Origin: Gemmatimonadales bacterium
GTDB taxonomy: Bacteria > Gemmatimonadota > Gemmatimonadetes > Gemmatimonadales > GWC2-71-9
Reading direction: 5' to 3'
Assembly (NCBI GenBank): GCA_050733075.1
Contig: JBOHSD010000009.1
Coordinates: 1,189-65,188, forward strand
DNA length: 64,000 nt
Each line of letters begins with the position of its first letter. Position 1 is the stretch's first letter. Positions 61,773-64,000 of the stretch are shown here, piece by piece. The translations under genes were made by a program, and so were the position numbers. The notes below the pieces were generated by a model that did no database searches, had not been told where the DNA came from, and saw nothing but the letters and a program-made list of their open reading frames with translations.

Positions 61773-61933
61773 CGGGGCGGCGTGTAGGCGGGTAGGTAGG
61801 TAGGCGGGTAAGTGGGTCAAGGCAGCAGAATCTGACCGGGATCTGTCAAACCTGAGGGGGGAACCTGCCCGAATACCCGCCCGCGCGGCTACCCAGTTAC
61901 CCGTTTACCCCCCTGTTACCCCCTGCCCGCCCC
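61773..61933. repeat. imperfect hairpin of G-rich (GGTA/GGGTAAG) and C-rich (TTACCC) short repeats
   Basis: CGGGGCGGCGTGTAGGCGGGTAGGTAGGTAGGCGGGTAAGTGGGT ... ACCCGCCCGCGCGGCTACCCAGTTACCCGTTTACCCCCCTGTTACCCCCTGCCCGCCCC. Sits in the divergent intergenic region. Confidence 0.7.
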
Positions 61934-61973
61934 GATTGGCACGTCCCCTGCAGCGTTTCCGGCCAACCATCCC

Positions 61974-62447
61974 GTGCCATCACCCGGAGAGCTTGTGGTC
62001 CCCTATCACACGATCGCGTTCAGTCAGCAGAAGCTGAGGGCCGCCCTGCGCCGCGCCGAAGGCCAGGACCCGGCGTTCGCGTACGGTTTCGTGGTTCACT
62101 CCCGGCGTCACCACGAGCGACCAGCCCTGGGCCTCATCACCCTGCACGGCGAAAGCCTGGCGTTCAACGAGCGGCTGCTCAAGTCGGTCGACGGGCTCCC
62201 TCTCTGGCTGTTCGGCCATGCCCGCATCACGCTCATGCCCGGGACCACCATCTCCCCGGCCGAAGGAGGCCGGACCAAGCAGGCCGACCGGCCGCTGGCC
62301 TCGATGCTCATGCACATCGCCACCTTCGATACCACCACCGGCGTCACCCAGCATCTGGTGCAGGTCGAGGCCCTGGTCAAGGCCGAGAGCCTGGTCCAGC
62401 CGCTCCTCATTCTCACCCCCTCGCGCCCGGCGGCATGGCCGATGTAG
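61974..62447 (+). CDS. hypothetical protein
   Basis: 157-aa ORF (GTG start) with clear GC3 bias on this strand. No family recognised. Confidence 0.55.
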   Translation: MPSPGELVVPYHTIAFSQQKLRAALRRAEGQDPAFAYGFVVHSRRHHERPALGLITLHGESLAFNERLLKSVDGLPLWLFGHARITLMPGTTISPAEGGRTKQADRPLASMLMHIATFDTTTGVTQHLVQVEALVKAESLVQPLLILTPSRPAAWPM

Positions 62448-62454
62448 GGAAGAA

Positions 62455-62579
62455 GGTGAACGGTAAGCGGTGAGCGGTGAGTGGGAACCCACAAAACAAC
62501 GACCCTCCGATGTCCTTGGACGCCGGAGGGTCTCATATTTCGGAGCGACCCGCTTACCGCTCACCGCTCACCGCTCACC
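62455..62579. repeat. hairpin of heptamer arrays (GGTGAAC GGTAAGC GGTGAGC GGTGAGT / GCTTACC GCTCACC x3) with a nested 9-bp stem
   Basis: Left arm 62455-62482, right arm 62552-62579. Inner hairpin GACCCTCCG (62501-62509) / CGGAGGGTC (62524-62532). The right arm overlaps the stop and last codons of the GWxTD gene. Confidence 0.85.
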
Positions 62580-64000
62580 TTCCTCCTCGTCCTCCACCAC
62601 CTGAAACTCGCGGGTTCGCCGGTCCTTCCGGCCGTCGGCGTCCATCACCGTCAGCGCTAGTACGTAGCTGCCGGGCTTCAGGCGGTCCAGCTTGAGACTG
62701 CGGTGAGTCGAGACCCTGGGCCTGGTAGCCTGTTGCTCGAACTCGAGCCGGATGGCGGCCCCGCCACCCCCGAAGATCTTCCTCAAGAGCCCGCCGCCGG
62801 ATCCCTTCTTGCGCACCTCGAGCTTCACCGTGTAAGGGGTGGGTCGGAGGCCCTCGATCTCGTAGTAAAGCTCCATCTGCTCACTCCGGCGGTAGGTGCG
62901 GAGCGGGTTCAGGAGCACAGTGTCTTCCGACGTACGCGGCCAGATCAGATTGGCATTGCGGGCGCCGAGCACCAGGTCGCTGAGGCCCAGCTCACTCGAG
63001 GCGGTCGGCCCGACCCGCACACTGTCGCGTGGGAGGGTGACCCCGGCATCGTCACCCTGCTGGATGGCCAGACGGTACCGGAGCATGCCCGGTGGTACGG
63101 TCCTGCCCACCCTTCCAACCAGGTGCTCGTGAGCCGGGACCCGCTCCGGGGCCACGAAATGCCTGGTCGTGTCCACTGAAGCCACCACCTGATCGTTGCT
63201 GTCCGTGGCCACGAAGCGCAGCCGGACGGTATAGAGGAACCCCCGGGTGACGGTGACCGGCTCCAGGCTGGAACCCGAGATGGCGTAGGCGATCTGGACC
63301 TGGTGCCCGGCGGAGTCGCTTCCCACTGCAAGCACCTCGGATGTGGCCTTGAGCTCGCTCGCGAAGCGCAGCTCGTAGCTGTCGCTGGTGGTGCCCAGCG
63401 CAATGCTCTCCTGCCCGACCCGCCGCTCCTGGCTCTGGTAGCGCCCGGTGCTGATCCGCCCTACTCCCTGGAGCCGCCGATAGATGGGCGAAAGCTGCTG
63501 CCGGGACAGCATCAGCTGCTCGGCCATGGCATTGTCAGCCGCCCAGTCGGCCTGCTGCAACTTCACGGCATCGCTGAAGCCGAGAACATCGAAAAGGCTC
63601 TCTACCAGCTTGAAATCCTGCACGTCTTCACGGGCTATGAAATGGAAGATGAGATCTCCATCGGTTCTGCTATAGCGCCAGGATTCGTTCGGCTCGAGCC
63701 CCGGGGCGGCGTAGGCCGCCCGGGTGGACGGCTCGCCGTGCCGGATGTAGATCACGCCGCGGTCATCGAAATCCCGGCTGCCGGAGCGATACCGCTCGAC
63801 GATATCGTAGTGCCTGTTGTTGGAGGTCAGCTGAAAGTTTTTGCGGGCGTAGAAGAGCCGCCGGTAGTGCTCCCGCAACCGCTCACCGTCGGTCCTGAGC
63901 TCGATACGATCGCGCTGGCCCCAGAACTTGCGGAGGTGCCCGGCCCGCCGATTCCCCTGCTGCTGATCGAACTCGGCAAGCACGCTGTCCGGCGCTATAG
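62568..64000 (-). CDS. GWxTD domain-containing protein (N-terminus beyond window end)
   Basis: The frame stays open to the window edge. RDFDDRGVIYIRHGEP and ESWRY are GWxTD-domain-like. The C-terminal half is beta-rich. Confidence 0.7.
   Translation of the reverse strand, partial: IAPDSVLAEFDQQQGNRRAGHLRKFWGQRDRIELRTDGERLREHYRRLFYARKNFQLTSNNRHYDIVERYRSGSRDFDDRGVIYIRHGEPSTRAAYAAPGLEPNESWRYSRTDGDLIFHFIAREDVQDFKLVESLFDVLGFSDAVKLQQADWAADNAMAEQLMLSRQQLSPIYRRLQGVGRISTGRYQSQERRVGQESIALGTTSDSYELRFASELKATSEVLAVGSDSAGHQVQIAYAISGSSLEPVTVTRGFLYTVRLRFVATDSNDQVVASVDTTRHFVAPERVPAHEHLVGRVGRTVPPGMLRYRLAIQQGDDAGVTLPRDSVRVGPTASSELGLSDLVLGARNANLIWPRTSEDTVLLNPLRTYRRSEQMELYYEIEGLRPTPYTVKLEVRKKGSGGGLLRKIFGGGGAAIRLEFEQQATRPRVSTHRSLKLDRLKPGSYVLALTVMDADGRKDRRTREFQVVEDEEEGER

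Noticed and set aside
1-64000. tRNA, rRNA, tmRNA and RNase P genes.
   Set aside because: I scanned intergenic regions for T-loop (GGTTCGAATCC-like), tmRNA and RNase P signature sequences and found none. The only ncRNA I can support is the SRP RNA.

Overview
GC-rich bacterial chromosomal segment with strong GC3 bias. It is densely coding: about 55 protein genes and one SRP RNA. I found no tRNA, rRNA, cas, integrase or transposase genes.

Gene content is mostly housekeeping:
- ffs-dnaX-ybaB-recR
- mglB-mglA-pgsA-cinA-grpE-dnaJ
- a glycolytic block, pyk-MBL-pgi-fba
- ispG, fabH, nrdJ, arfB and comM
- a NifS-like desulfurase coupled to mnmA

Other genes:
- a TolC/HlyD operon with four MacB/FtsX-type permease paralogs
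- an ADOP-like permease split by a frameshift
- two Ser/Thr kinases
- a giant multi-TM histidine kinase
- a GWxTD protein

This repertoire looks Gemmatimonadota/Acidobacteriota-like. That is inference only.

The most unusual content is non-coding:
1. A family of long hairpins whose two arms are tandem arrays of 7-8 nt units. At least 8 loci carry it, including one inside dnaX and arrays fused to 3' ends of genes.
2. A modular repeat family (A/B modules plus a MITE-like copy) sitting in divergent promoter regions.
3. A 6 x 18-nt tandem array with competing hairpins in an AT-rich region upstream of pyk.
4. A 237-bp near-identical direct repeat of an internal comM fragment. It brackets a 4.08-kb segment holding a decayed HTH gene and a kinase, and a 37/32/37-nt CRISPR-like mini repeat lies next to it.

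Start codons are my best estimates. Many long ORFs in the track are antisense artefacts of high GC. All homology calls come from motif recognition by eye, not from searches.
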